From Nitriliruptorales bacterium (GTDB taxonomy: Bacteria; Actinomycetota; Nitriliruptoria; Nitriliruptorales; JAHWKO01): a DNA stretch of 64,000 nt. Position 1 is the first letter of the stretch; each line of letters begins with the position of its first letter. A program made the translations under genes and the position numbers. The stretch lies in assembly GCA_046263195.1 (NCBI GenBank), contig JBHELG010000108.1:2293-66292 (forward strand), given 5' to 3'. Positions 1 through 7,752 of the stretch are shown piece by piece. Under the pieces are notes generated by a model. That model saw only the letters and a list, made by a program, of their open reading frames with translations, did not search any database and was not told the origin of the DNA.

Positions 1-429
1 CCTCGCGACCCCGGGAACGCCGGGGCCGGCCCAGTGCGGCTCGTCCCAGAAGAGGCGGTCTGTCCCGGCCTCGATCGCTGCTTGGGTCCAGGTCCGCATG
101 TAGCTGCGGAACTCCGGTCGGTTGAGGCAGGCCGCCCCTACCCGCCGCCCGTCGTCGAGTACCTGGCCGAGCTCTGGACGAGCCGCCGTGAAGCGGCTCT
201 CCGCCTCACCGCCGAATACGAGGCCCACTCCCCACGGGTCCAACTGCACCTCCAGTCCCGCCTCGTGAGAACTGGCCACGATCCGTTCGATCGTGCGGGG
301 GTAGTACGCGAAGTCGTTCTCCGAGAAGGTGTGCAGCACGCCGCTGAAGCCTCGCGCCGCGAGGCCCTCCATGTCCGCTGCGGCGTGACGCAGGATGCGA
401 TTGCCGAAATATGCCGCGCCGATGGTCAC
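1..429 (-). CDS. Partial CDS (first 143 codons; continues past window start); uncharacterised, possibly TIM-barrel glycoside-hydrolase-like
   Basis: Absent from the ORF track because it runs off the edge. The reverse frame from GTG 429-427 is open to base 1: VTIGAAYFGNRILRHAAADMEGLAARGFSGVLHTFSENDFAYYPRTIERIVASSHEAGLEVQLDPWGVGLVFGGEAESRF...AIEAGTDRLFWDEPHWAGPG. Nearly every codon ends in G/C. The GTG overlaps the TGA of the upstream gene (GTGA, 426-429). The function guess rests only on the FWDEP (NEP-like) motif and the general look of the sequence. Confidence 0.5.
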   Translation of the reverse strand, partial: MTIGAAYFGNRILRHAAADMEGLAARGFSGVLHTFSENDFAYYPRTIERIVASSHEAGLEVQLDPWGVGLVFGGEAESRFTAARPELGQVLDDGRRVGAACLNRPEFRSYMRTWTQAAIEAGTDRLFWDEPHWAGPGVPGVAR

Positions 430-1463
430 TTCGAGTCCCACCCTCCCGTCGCCTGCGGTGACGTCCCGGAGTCGTGACCGCCTGGGCGCGTCCGCGGGTG
501 GAAGCTGAGCCCAGCGTCGGTGATCTCCGTGAGGAGCGAGCCCCAACGCTCCCGCTCACGGGCAGGGTCGACGAGCCATCGCAGCCCCTCGACCCAGGTC
601 CTCAGAGTCGTGCGGAAGGCGCCGTCGCGTTCAATGCGCGACAGCAGGTGGCGGAGGGCACGTGGGTCGCCGACAGGGAAGTAGCCGGGGTAATCCTCAC
701 CGAGCAGGCCGATGGAACCGGAGATACGCGTGGAGACGACCGGCACCGACGCTGCCAGGGCCTCCGAGACGACGTTTGCGCCGCCCTCAAGGCGTGAAGT
801 CAGGACGAGCAGACGACTCCGGGCCAGGATCCGTAGTGCCTCGCCCCGCGGAAGCTCCCCCACCCACGCGTAGCGGGGGTTGCGCTCGCTTTCCGCTCGA
901 GCCCGGTCGGCCATTCCCGGCTCGATCTCCCCACCCGCATGCACCACCTGGATCCTCGACTCTTCCGGGAGGTCACGTACGGCCTGGGCGGCGATGAAGG
1001 GGTCCTTGACGGAGCGAAGATGCGCGAGCAGAACCACCTCGAAGACGTCGTCGCGAGGCTGAGCCGGTGGGATCGGCTTGACGGACTGTTCGATGACCCT
1101 GACTCGCGATCGCAGCGCCGGTGGTACCTGCTCCAGCCCCAAGCGTTGCAGCACGACGATTCGGGAAGCGAGCTCGACCGAGCGGCGGGCGGAGGGGGAG
1201 TTGTCGAGGTCGCCGTAGAGATCGGTTCCCGTCAGGGCCACCACCAGAGGGGCGTCGGGCTGCATGCTGCGAAAACGGGCGATGGAAGGAGCGCTGCGCC
1301 GGGCATGCAGAGCCACGAGCACGTCACACGACCGCCCCTCGTACGCCTCGACCACAACCGCGTCGTGACCGAGCTCACACAACAGCTCTCGCCAGCGCAG
1401 GGCGGTTACACGGTTTCCGCTGTTGGTTCCCAGCGGGGCCGGCGTGACGATGCAGACCTTCAC
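426..1463 (-). CDS. senB: Glycosyltransferase, SenB-like selenosugar synthase (TIGR04348-type)
   Basis: Inside ORF 426..1865(-). Start placed at GTG 1463 (VKVCIVTPAPLGTNSGNRVTALRWRELLCELGH...), which overlaps the TGA of the EgtB-like gene (GTGA 1460-1463). The 134 upstream codons of the ORF overlap that gene and are Arg/Gly/Pro-rich noise. GT-B style C-terminus (LLVLTSRLEGGANVVSEALAASVPVVSTR). The SenB assignment comes from the N-terminal motif as I recall it plus context (EgtB-like gene and SelD nearby). Confidence 0.7.
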   Translation of the reverse strand: MKVCIVTPAPLGTNSGNRVTALRWRELLCELGHDAVVVEAYEGRSCDVLVALHARRSAPSIARFRSMQPDAPLVVALTGTDLYGDLDNSPSARRSVELASRIVVLQRLGLEQVPPALRSRVRVIEQSVKPIPPAQPRDDVFEVVLLAHLRSVKDPFIAAQAVRDLPEESRIQVVHAGGEIEPGMADRARAESERNPRYAWVGELPRGEALRILARSRLLVLTSRLEGGANVVSEALAASVPVVSTRISGSIGLLGEDYPGYFPVGDPRALRHLLSRIERDGAFRTTLRTWVEGLRWLVDPARERERWGSLLTEITDAGLSFHPRTRPGGHDSGTSPQATGGWDSK

Positions 1464-2782
1464 CTCGGCGCGCAGGTACGGAGTCCGGCAAAGACGTCTC
1501 GGCGGTCCGGTGTGAAGTAGTTGCGGTAGGTCGTGCGGACGTAGCGCGCGCGCGTCGCCCAGGCCCCGCCCCGCAACACCTTGCGGGTCCCGAACCACGG
1601 CTCCGAGTTGTCCCGATAGGCGTCCGGTTCGAAGTTCGGGTACGGCAGGAACGTGCTGGCCGTCCACTCCCACACGTTGCCGATCATCTGCCGGCAGCCG
1701 AAGGGGCTGTCGCCCGCCGGGAATGCCCCGACGTCGACGGTGCCCATGGATCGCCAATCGACGTTCGCCTGCTCGGGTCCGGGCTGGTCGTCGCCCCAGG
1801 GGTAACGTCGCTTGCGGGGAACACCTCCGCTCGTGTCCACGCCCCCCGTCGCGGCCAGTTCCCACTCCGCCTCGGTCGGCAGTCGCCTCCCCGCCCAGCG
1901 GCAGTACGCCTCGGCCTCATACCAGCAGACGTGGATGACCGGCCTGTTCGCCTCGAGGTCGACCCAGCTGTCGAAGTGGCGTCTCCGCCAGCCTCCTGGG
2001 TACCGGCGCCAGTAGACGGGGTGTTCGGCTTGCACGGCTCGGCGCCAGCGCCACCCCTCCGGGCTCCACAACTCCGCCCGCTCGTAGCCTCCGTCCGCCA
2101 CGAAAGCAGCGAACTCCTCCTGGGTCACCGCGGCCCGAGCGATCGCGAAAGGGGCGACATCGACCGGGTGGCCCCACTTCTCGTTGTCGTAGACGAACGG
2201 CTCAGCCCCAGTCGCGCCGAGCAGAAAGGAGCCGCCTGGCACGTCGACATCGCCTTCCAGTTTCCCGGCGACGAGCGCCTCCCCCGGGCCTGTTCCGCTC
2301 AGACCGTCGAGGTTGGGCGGTGCATAGCCCAGCGTCTGGCGCGTGTAGGTGATGGCCTCCGTGTGGGTGTCCTCGTGGAAGACCGTATACAGGGCGAAGT
2401 GTCGCACGACAGGGGAGGCATCGGACCGCGACAGTCGCGCCAAGACGCGGTCACGGACCTCGATCATGTAGTCGAGGGTCCTCTCGCGGGGGGGAAGGTC
2501 GAGGAACCAGCGCGTGTCGTGGGGAATCGCCGCCGAGTCCCACAGCGCATCGCAGTGGGGGATGAGGGGGGGCTCGCTCAGTGCGGAGCGCAGCAGGAAG
2601 CGCTCCTGGAACCAGGCGAGGTGCCCGATCTCCCACAACAGCGGGTTCACCGTGGCCAGCATCGGGCCGATGAGCTGTTCGTCGTCGAGGTCCGCCACGA
2701 GCTGCATGACCCGTTGACGGGCGTCGCGCACCCACTCAGCTAGGTCGGGGATCCACTCTGACCACGCCGCTGAGGCGCGCAC
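1460..2782 (-). CDS. senA: EgtB-family sulfoxide/selenoxide synthase (DinB_2 + FGE-sulfatase domains), SenA-like selenoneine synthase
   Basis: ORF 1460..2782(-), 440 aa. N-terminal DinB_2 domain with iron-ligand histidines (LWEIGHLAWF, FHEDTHTEA). C-terminal FGE-sulfatase fold (FVYDNEKWGHPV, WYEAEAYCRWAGRRLPTEAEWE, IGNVWEWT, RGGAWAT). GTG 2782 is preceded by AGGAGGAAG. SenA and EgtB cannot be told apart by eye; context favours SenA. Confidence 0.8.
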   Translation of the reverse strand: MRASAAWSEWIPDLAEWVRDARQRVMQLVADLDDEQLIGPMLATVNPLLWEIGHLAWFQERFLLRSALSEPPLIPHCDALWDSAAIPHDTRWFLDLPPRERTLDYMIEVRDRVLARLSRSDASPVVRHFALYTVFHEDTHTEAITYTRQTLGYAPPNLDGLSGTGPGEALVAGKLEGDVDVPGGSFLLGATGAEPFVYDNEKWGHPVDVAPFAIARAAVTQEEFAAFVADGGYERAELWSPEGWRWRRAVQAEHPVYWRRYPGGWRRRHFDSWVDLEANRPVIHVCWYEAEAYCRWAGRRLPTEAEWELAATGGVDTSGGVPRKRRYPWGDDQPGPEQANVDWRSMGTVDVGAFPAGDSPFGCRQMIGNVWEWTASTFLPYPNFEPDAYRDNSEPWFGTRKVLRGGAWATRARYVRTTYRNYFTPDRRDVFAGLRTCAPR

Positions 2783-2950
2783 CTACTTCCTCCTGACCGG
2801 TCCTAGCCGTCCGCTCGGGTTTACCCGCGCGTCACCTCTTGGCCACGACAAGGTGTCCGCTGAGTTTGGCATCCCCGCAGCGGACGGCCACCATAGCCCC
2901 CCATCGGTCCGGCTGTAGCCGCGCCGAGCCAGCCGGACCGTGGAGCCCAG

Positions 2951-3580
2951 GTGGAACAGTTCCTGACCGAGACCATCACCGAGACGGTCCTGCGTCACGG
3001 TTACGTCGCCGTGTTCGTGCTCATGGTCGCGGAGTCCGCCCTCATTCCGGTGCCGAGCGAGGTCACGATGCTCTTCGGCGGGGCGCTCGCGAATGTCGCT
3101 CTCGTCGAGCATCTGGGTGCGACGAGCGGACCGCTGAACTTCTGGATGGTTGGCCTGCTGGGCGCGATCGGCAACCTCGTCGGATCATGGATTGCGTACG
3201 CCATCGGAAGAACGGGGGGGCGGTCACTAGCCGAGCGGCTGGGCCGCTACCTCCTCATCCGCCACCACCATCTCGACCGCGCCGAGGTCTGGTTCGATCG
3301 CCATGGCAACGCCGCTGTCTTCGTCGGACGGCTACTGCCGGTGGTCCGCACCTTCATCAGCCTTCCTGCCGGCATCGCCGCCATGGGCTTCGTGCGCTTC
3401 TCCGTCTACACCTTCGTTGGCTGCGTCCCCTGGTCCTTGGGCCTGGCCGCGATCGGCTACGGGTTGGGCGCGAACTGGGAGAGGGTTGTGCCATGGTTCC
3501 GGCCGGTGAGCCTCGTGATCGCGGCGGCTGTGATCCTCGTCGCCATATGGTGGTTATACAACGCCGTCCTGGAGCGTTAA
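2951..3580 (+). CDS. DedA/SNARE-associated family inner-membrane protein
   Basis: ORF 2951..3580(+), 209 aa. GTG start with GGAG 5 nt upstream. Multi-TM protein with the typical DedA core (VAESALIPVPSEV, FDRHGNAAVFVGRLLPVVRTFISLPAGIAAM). Divergent from senA and directly upstream of selD. Confidence 0.8.
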   Translation: MEQFLTETITETVLRHGYVAVFVLMVAESALIPVPSEVTMLFGGALANVALVEHLGATSGPLNFWMVGLLGAIGNLVGSWIAYAIGRTGGRSLAERLGRYLLIRHHHLDRAEVWFDRHGNAAVFVGRLLPVVRTFISLPAGIAAMGFVRFSVYTFVGCVPWSLGLAAIGYGLGANWERVVPWFRPVSLVIAAAVILVAIWWLYNAVLER

Positions 3581-3706
3581 GGGACAGCAGGCTTCCACCA
3601 GCGGCTGGCTCGACGTCGATCGCGCTTCCCTGATCCCTAGACTCCCTCACTTGGGCGCTCCACCCGGCCCCTTCGGGGGCCTTCCCGGCGGCCCTACGGA
3701 GGTGTT

Positions 3707-4744
3707 GTGAACCCCACGACCCGGCGACTCACGGAGTACAGCCACGGCGCCGGCTGAGCGTGCAAGCTCGCCCCACGCGAGCTGGCGCAGGTCCTGCGCC
3801 ACCTGACCTCGGCCAGCCATCCAAACCTGCTGGTCGGCACCGAGACCGGCGATGACGCGGCAGTCTGGCGGCTCGACGACGAGCGCGCGCTCGTCGTCAC
3901 TGCGGACTTCATCACGCCGCTCGTCGACGATGCCAGGACCTGGGGACGGATCGCGGCCATCAACTCAGCCTCCGACGTCTATGCCATGGGAGGACGTCCC
4001 ATCCTCGCCCTCAACCTCGTGGGATGGAACACGGCGGAGCTGCCCACTGACCTCCTCGACGAGGTGCTCGCCGGAGCTGACGAGGCCGCCGTCGAGGGTG
4101 GGTGGGTGACGGTCGGCGGTCACACCGTCGACGACCCCGAGCCGAAGTTCGGCCTGGCGGTGGTCGGAGAGGTGCGCCCCGACCGCCTGCTGAAGAACTC
4201 GGGGCTGCGGGACGGGGATGTGCTCGTGCTCACGAAGCCGCTGGGCGTGGGAATCATCGCCACCGCGTTGAAGCGCGACGCCGCAGCGGTGGAGGTGGTC
4301 GAATCGGCGGTCGCCTCCATGCTGCGATCAAACGCCGCAGCGTCACAGGCTGCGCTCGCAGCGGGAGCGACCGGCGCGACTGACGTCACCGGGTTCGGGC
4401 TGCTCGGGCACCTCGGCAAGATGGCCGAGGTATCGGGGGTCGACGCGACCATCCACACCGCCGCCGTGCCGATGCTGGCGGGAGTCCGCGAACTCGCCGC
4501 GGCTGGCTATATCCCCGGCGGGACCCGCCGTAACCTCGAGTGGGTACGCGACCGCCTGGTCGTTGACGCGGTCGACGAGGTGACCCTTGTGCTCCTGGCG
4601 GACGCGCAGACGTCGGGCGGGTTGGTGTTCGGTGTGTCAGCTTCCGAGGCGGATAGGACGCTGGCCGTTCTGCGCGACGGGGGGGATGCGGCCGTGGTGA
4701 TCGGTGAAGCTCGTGGCGGAGCCGGCCGACTCATCCTGCGTTGA
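3707..4744 (+). CDS. selD: Selenophosphate synthetase SelD (SenC-like), predicted selenoprotein with in-frame TGA (Sec) at 3755-3757
   Basis: The ORF track gives only 3986..4744, the C-terminal 252 aa (DVYAMGGRPI, GGHTVDDPEPKFGLAVVG, LTKPLGVG, TDVTGFGLLGHL, AQTSGGL). The same frame is open back to GTG 3707 (GGAGG at 3698-3702) except for TGA 3755-3757. It reads VNPTTRRLTEYSHGAG-U-ACKLAPRELAQVLRHL, colinear with E. coli SelD RLTQYSHGAGCGCKI, with the TGA at the Cys17 position. Length is 345 codons versus 347 aa in E. coli. Confidence 0.8.
3760..3788 (+). promoter_or_regulatory. Candidate bacterial SECIS hairpin immediately 3' of the selD UGA
   Basis: The stem AGCUCGC (3765-3771) pairs with GCGAGCU (3777-3783) around the loop CCCAC. 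It is extended by 4 more pairs (3760-3763 with 3885-3888 mis-numbering avoided: 3760-3763 pair with 3785-3788) across one A/G mismatch. The hairpin starts 3 nt after the UGA. Structure only; I cannot score it against a SECIS model. Confidence 0.4.
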
Positions 4745-4831
4745 CGTGCCGCGGGGGTGTCACGCGATCGGCGCTGGATCGTTGGAGTAGCGGACAGTCA
4801 TCAGCCCATCCCGCGTGAACGGAGACCAGTC

Positions 4832-5761
4832 GTGGCGGATGTCAAGGTCATCTACATCCTTGGCTACGCGCGCGGCGGCAGCACGATCCTCGGCAACATC
4901 CTGGGCGAGCAGGATGGCTTCTTCCACGCCGGGGAGCTCTGCTACCTCTGGAGCCGCGGCAACCGGGGCGAGCGATCCCGCCGCTGCGGCTGCGGGCTGC
5001 GGGTACCCGACTGTCCCGTATGGAGCCCGGTGCTGTCCTCTCTCCTGTCGGGTCCTAACGACGCACTCGCTGCCGCGGACGGGGAGGAGCGGGTCCGCTC
5101 CCGCTCAGGATGGCCGCTGGTTTGGGCTCCTTCCCGGCGTACCGAGGCGCGCTTCGCCCCCTTTCTCGACCTGACCGAGCGTCTCTACCGCCGGGTCTTG
5201 GACGTCACTGGCGCCCGCGTCATCGTCGACTCGTCGAAGAACCCGCGATACGGGGCGCTGCTCGCCATGATCCCCGCTTTCGATGTTCGCTTCGTTCACT
5301 TGGTCCGCGACCCGCGGGCGATGGTCTACTCGCGGCAGCGCAGGCGGATGGACCGTGAAGGAGCGGGGGCCCGTATCCACAAGGGCACTCTCGCGAAGGA
5401 CGCGTTGGAGTGGGCGGGGAAGAACCTCGAGGCCGAGGTGGTGCGGCGGCGAAGTTCGACCCCGACGCCGCTCGTTCGGTACGAGGATTTCAGCCGTCAG
5501 CCTGCGACCGTGGTCGAACAGGTTCTTGACGCGGTCGACGAGCCGCAGGCGCCCGTCGCCTTCCTGACCTCGGACGCTGTGCAGTTGGGCACGAACCACA
5601 CCTGCGGCGGCAACAATCGTGTGCGCGCACACAGTGGCCCCGTACACATACGGCAAGATACGGCTTGGCTCGAGGTCATCCCCCCCGCCCACCGCCAGAC
5701 CGTGGCTTGGCTGACCCTCCCCGTGCTGCGCCGCTACGGCTACCCTCTGCGGGTTTCCTGA
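4832..5761 (+). CDS. Sulfotransferase family protein (PAPS-dependent type)
   Basis: ORF 4757..5761(+). Preferred start is GTG 4832 (GGAGA 6 nt upstream); the alternative is GTG 4757. N-terminal 5'-PSB loop ILGYARGGSTILG, 3'-PB region VHLVRDPRAMVYSRQRR, Cys cluster RRCGCGLRVPDCPVW. Lies 87 nt downstream of selD on the same strand. Confidence 0.7.
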   Translation: MADVKVIYILGYARGGSTILGNILGEQDGFFHAGELCYLWSRGNRGERSRRCGCGLRVPDCPVWSPVLSSLLSGPNDALAAADGEERVRSRSGWPLVWAPSRRTEARFAPFLDLTERLYRRVLDVTGARVIVDSSKNPRYGALLAMIPAFDVRFVHLVRDPRAMVYSRQRRRMDREGAGARIHKGTLAKDALEWAGKNLEAEVVRRRSSTPTPLVRYEDFSRQPATVVEQVLDAVDEPQAPVAFLTSDAVQLGTNHTCGGNNRVRAHSGPVHIRQDTAWLEVIPPAHRQTVAWLTLPVLRRYGYPLRVS

Positions 5762-5889
5762 CGCCTAGGCGCTACCCTGAGTCGCCAAAAGGGGACCGCC
5801 AGCCTGTGCGCGCCATGCGCACGGAGCAGTGGTCATGTGCCGCGGATGAAGGCTCCAACCCCGGCTGGATCGTCCGGACGTTTGCGTCC

Positions 5890-6119
5890 TCCATCACCTG
5901 TCGCTACAAGAGACGGGTGATGGACACATCGGTCGGCCGCTCCTGCCCTCACCCCGTCGCCGGGTACGCCCGGCGACTGCGTGTGTCCGTCTCACACCCC
6001 GTTCTGAGCCTCCTCCTGCTCATCCTCCTTTGATGCCGCGGCGCCGTCCCGCCCCATACGACGGCGACTGCGGAGGAATCTTCACCGGGGATGGGGAAGC
6101 TGGCATGTACAGGAGGAGG
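5890..6119 (+). promoter_or_regulatory. leuA leader region: Leu-rich leader peptide ORF (5920 or 5983 to 6033) plus hairpins and an anti-Shine-Dalgarno match
   Basis: A short ORF ends ...HPVLSLLLLILL-TGA at 6031-6033, with 7 Leu in its last 9 codons. CCTCCTCCTG (6009-6018) is the exact complement of CAGGAGGAGG (6110-6119), the leuA SD. Hairpins lie at 5890-5924 (13 bp) and 6036-6073. Confidence 0.5.
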
Positions 6120-6126
6120 AAAGCGA

Positions 6127-7752
6127 ATGGGAACCGTCAACGTTGGCGAGCATCCGGACCTTGATGCGATCAGGGGCGCTGTCGGTCACGACGTCACCAT
6201 CTTCGACACGACCCTGCGGGACGGCGAACAGGCTCCGGGGATTTCCCTCGACGCCCGCGAGAAGGTCGAGATTGCAACGCAGCTCGCACGCTTGAACGTC
6301 GACGTGGTAGAGGCGGGATTTCCCGCCGCAAGCAACGGGGACTTCGCGGCGGTGAAAGCGGTTGCCGAAGAAGTGGGCGCCAGCGACGAGGAGGGCACGC
6401 CACCCGTCATTGCTGCGCTCGCCCGCTGCGTGGACTCCGACATCGAGCGTGCCGCGAAGGCCATCGCCCCCGCTCGACGCAACCGCCTCCACGTCTTCAT
6501 CTCCTCGTCGGAGATCCACCGCATTCATATGCTGCATGCCTCGGAGCAGGACGTCCTCGAGCGAGCGGTGCGAGCCGTCCAGCTCGCGAGGAGCTTCAGC
6601 GAAGACGTCGAGTTCAGTCCCCAGGACGCTACGAGAACCGACTTCGCCTTCCTCGTGGATCTCGTGGCTGCGGCGGTCGAGGCCGGCGCCACGACCATCA
6701 ATATTCCCGACACGGTCGGGTACGCGCTTCCGCACGACTTCGGTCGCACAATCGCGGAGTTGCACTATCGGGTTCCCGCCATCCGTGAGCGCGGGGTGGT
6801 GGTCTCGGTCCACTGCCACAACGACCTCGGCCTCGCCGTCGCGAACTCGCTCGAAGCTGTCCGCAACGGTGCGCGGCAGGTCGAAGTCGCGGTGAACGGG
6901 ATCGGGGAGCGGGCCGGCAACTGCTCCCTCGAAGAGGTCGTCATGGCGATCAGGACACGGGCCGACCTGCTCGACGTCGGTACCGGGGTCAACACGACCG
7001 AGATAACTCGCACCTCCCGACTCGTCAGCACCCTGACCGGCTACTCGGTGCAGCGCAACAAGGCGGTGGTTGGAGCGAACGCCTTCGCACACGAGTCAGG
7101 CATTCACCAGCACGGAGTGCTGCAGGAACGTCAGACGTACGAGATCATGCGGACGGAGGATGTCGGTGCCGAAGGCTCGCAGATCGTGCTCGGAAAGCAC
7201 AGTGGTCGGCATGCCTTCCGCAAGGCGGTCAGCGAGCTCGGCTTCGAGCTGAACGAGGACGAACTGTCCCGGGCCTTCCTGCGGTTCAAGGATCTGACCG
7301 ACCGCAAGAAGGAGGTCGATGAGCGCGACTTGGAAGCCATCGTCTCCGCCGAGACCCACGTCACGAGTGAGGACAGCTACGAGCTCCTCTCGCTGACGGT
7401 AGCCGGCGGGACGACCGCGGCCCCATGCGCCACGGTCGAAGTTCGCGGTGCGGACGGAGTGATACGCACGGCCACCGCGACGGGCGATGGCATGGTGGAC
7501 GCAGCCTGCGGGGCGATCCGGGCCGCGCTCGGAAGAAACGGCATCCGCCTGGTCTCCTTCGAGGTCGCAGCTGTGACAGAGGGGGTCGACGCCCTCGGTG
7601 ACGTGACCGTGCAGGTCGAGGTGGAGGACGGCTCGCGTTTCACCGGGCGCGGCGTTTCCACCGACATCGTCGAGGCGAGCGCCCGAGCCTATATCGATGC
7701 CTTCAACCGGTCCCTGAGGCTGAAGCCCAGGGCGGGGGAGTTCCGGCCGTGA
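6127..7752 (+). CDS. leuA: 2-isopropylmalate synthase
   Basis: ORF 6091..7752(+). Start moved to ATG 6127 behind AGGAGGAGGA. HMGL-like N-terminus [13 protein letters not shown], metal site [21 protein letters not shown], and a C-terminal LeuA regulatory domain. Confidence 0.9.
   Translation: MGTVNVGEHPDLDAIRGAVGHDVTIFDTTLRDGEQAPGISLDAREKVEIATQLARLNVDVVEAGFPAASNGDFAAVKAVAEEVGASDEEGTPPVIAALARCVDSDIERAAKAIAPARRNRLHVFISSSEIHRIHMLHASEQDVLERAVRAVQLARSFSEDVEFSPQDATRTDFAFLVDLVAAAVEAGATTINIPDTVGYALPHDFGRTIAELHYRVPAIRERGVVVSVHCHNDLGLAVANSLEAVRNGARQVEVAVNGIGERAGNCSLEEVVMAIRTRADLLDVGTGVNTTEITRTSRLVSTLTGYSVQRNKAVVGANAFAHESGIHQHGVLQERQTYEIMRTEDVGAEGSQIVLGKHSGRHAFRKAVSELGFELNEDELSRAFLRFKDLTDRKKEVDERDLEAIVSAETHVTSEDSYELLSLTVAGGTTAAPCATVEVRGADGVIRTATATGDGMVDAACGAIRAALGRNGIRLVSFEVAAVTEGVDALGDVTVQVEVEDGSRFTGRGVSTDIVEASARAYIDAFNRSLRLKPRAGEFRP

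Noticed and set aside
34-477. 147-aa plus-strand ORF at the window start
   Set aside because: The opposite strand carries a better candidate: an open frame to the window edge, G/C-rich third positions, and a GTGA start/stop overlap with senB. The plus-strand product has no recognisable features.
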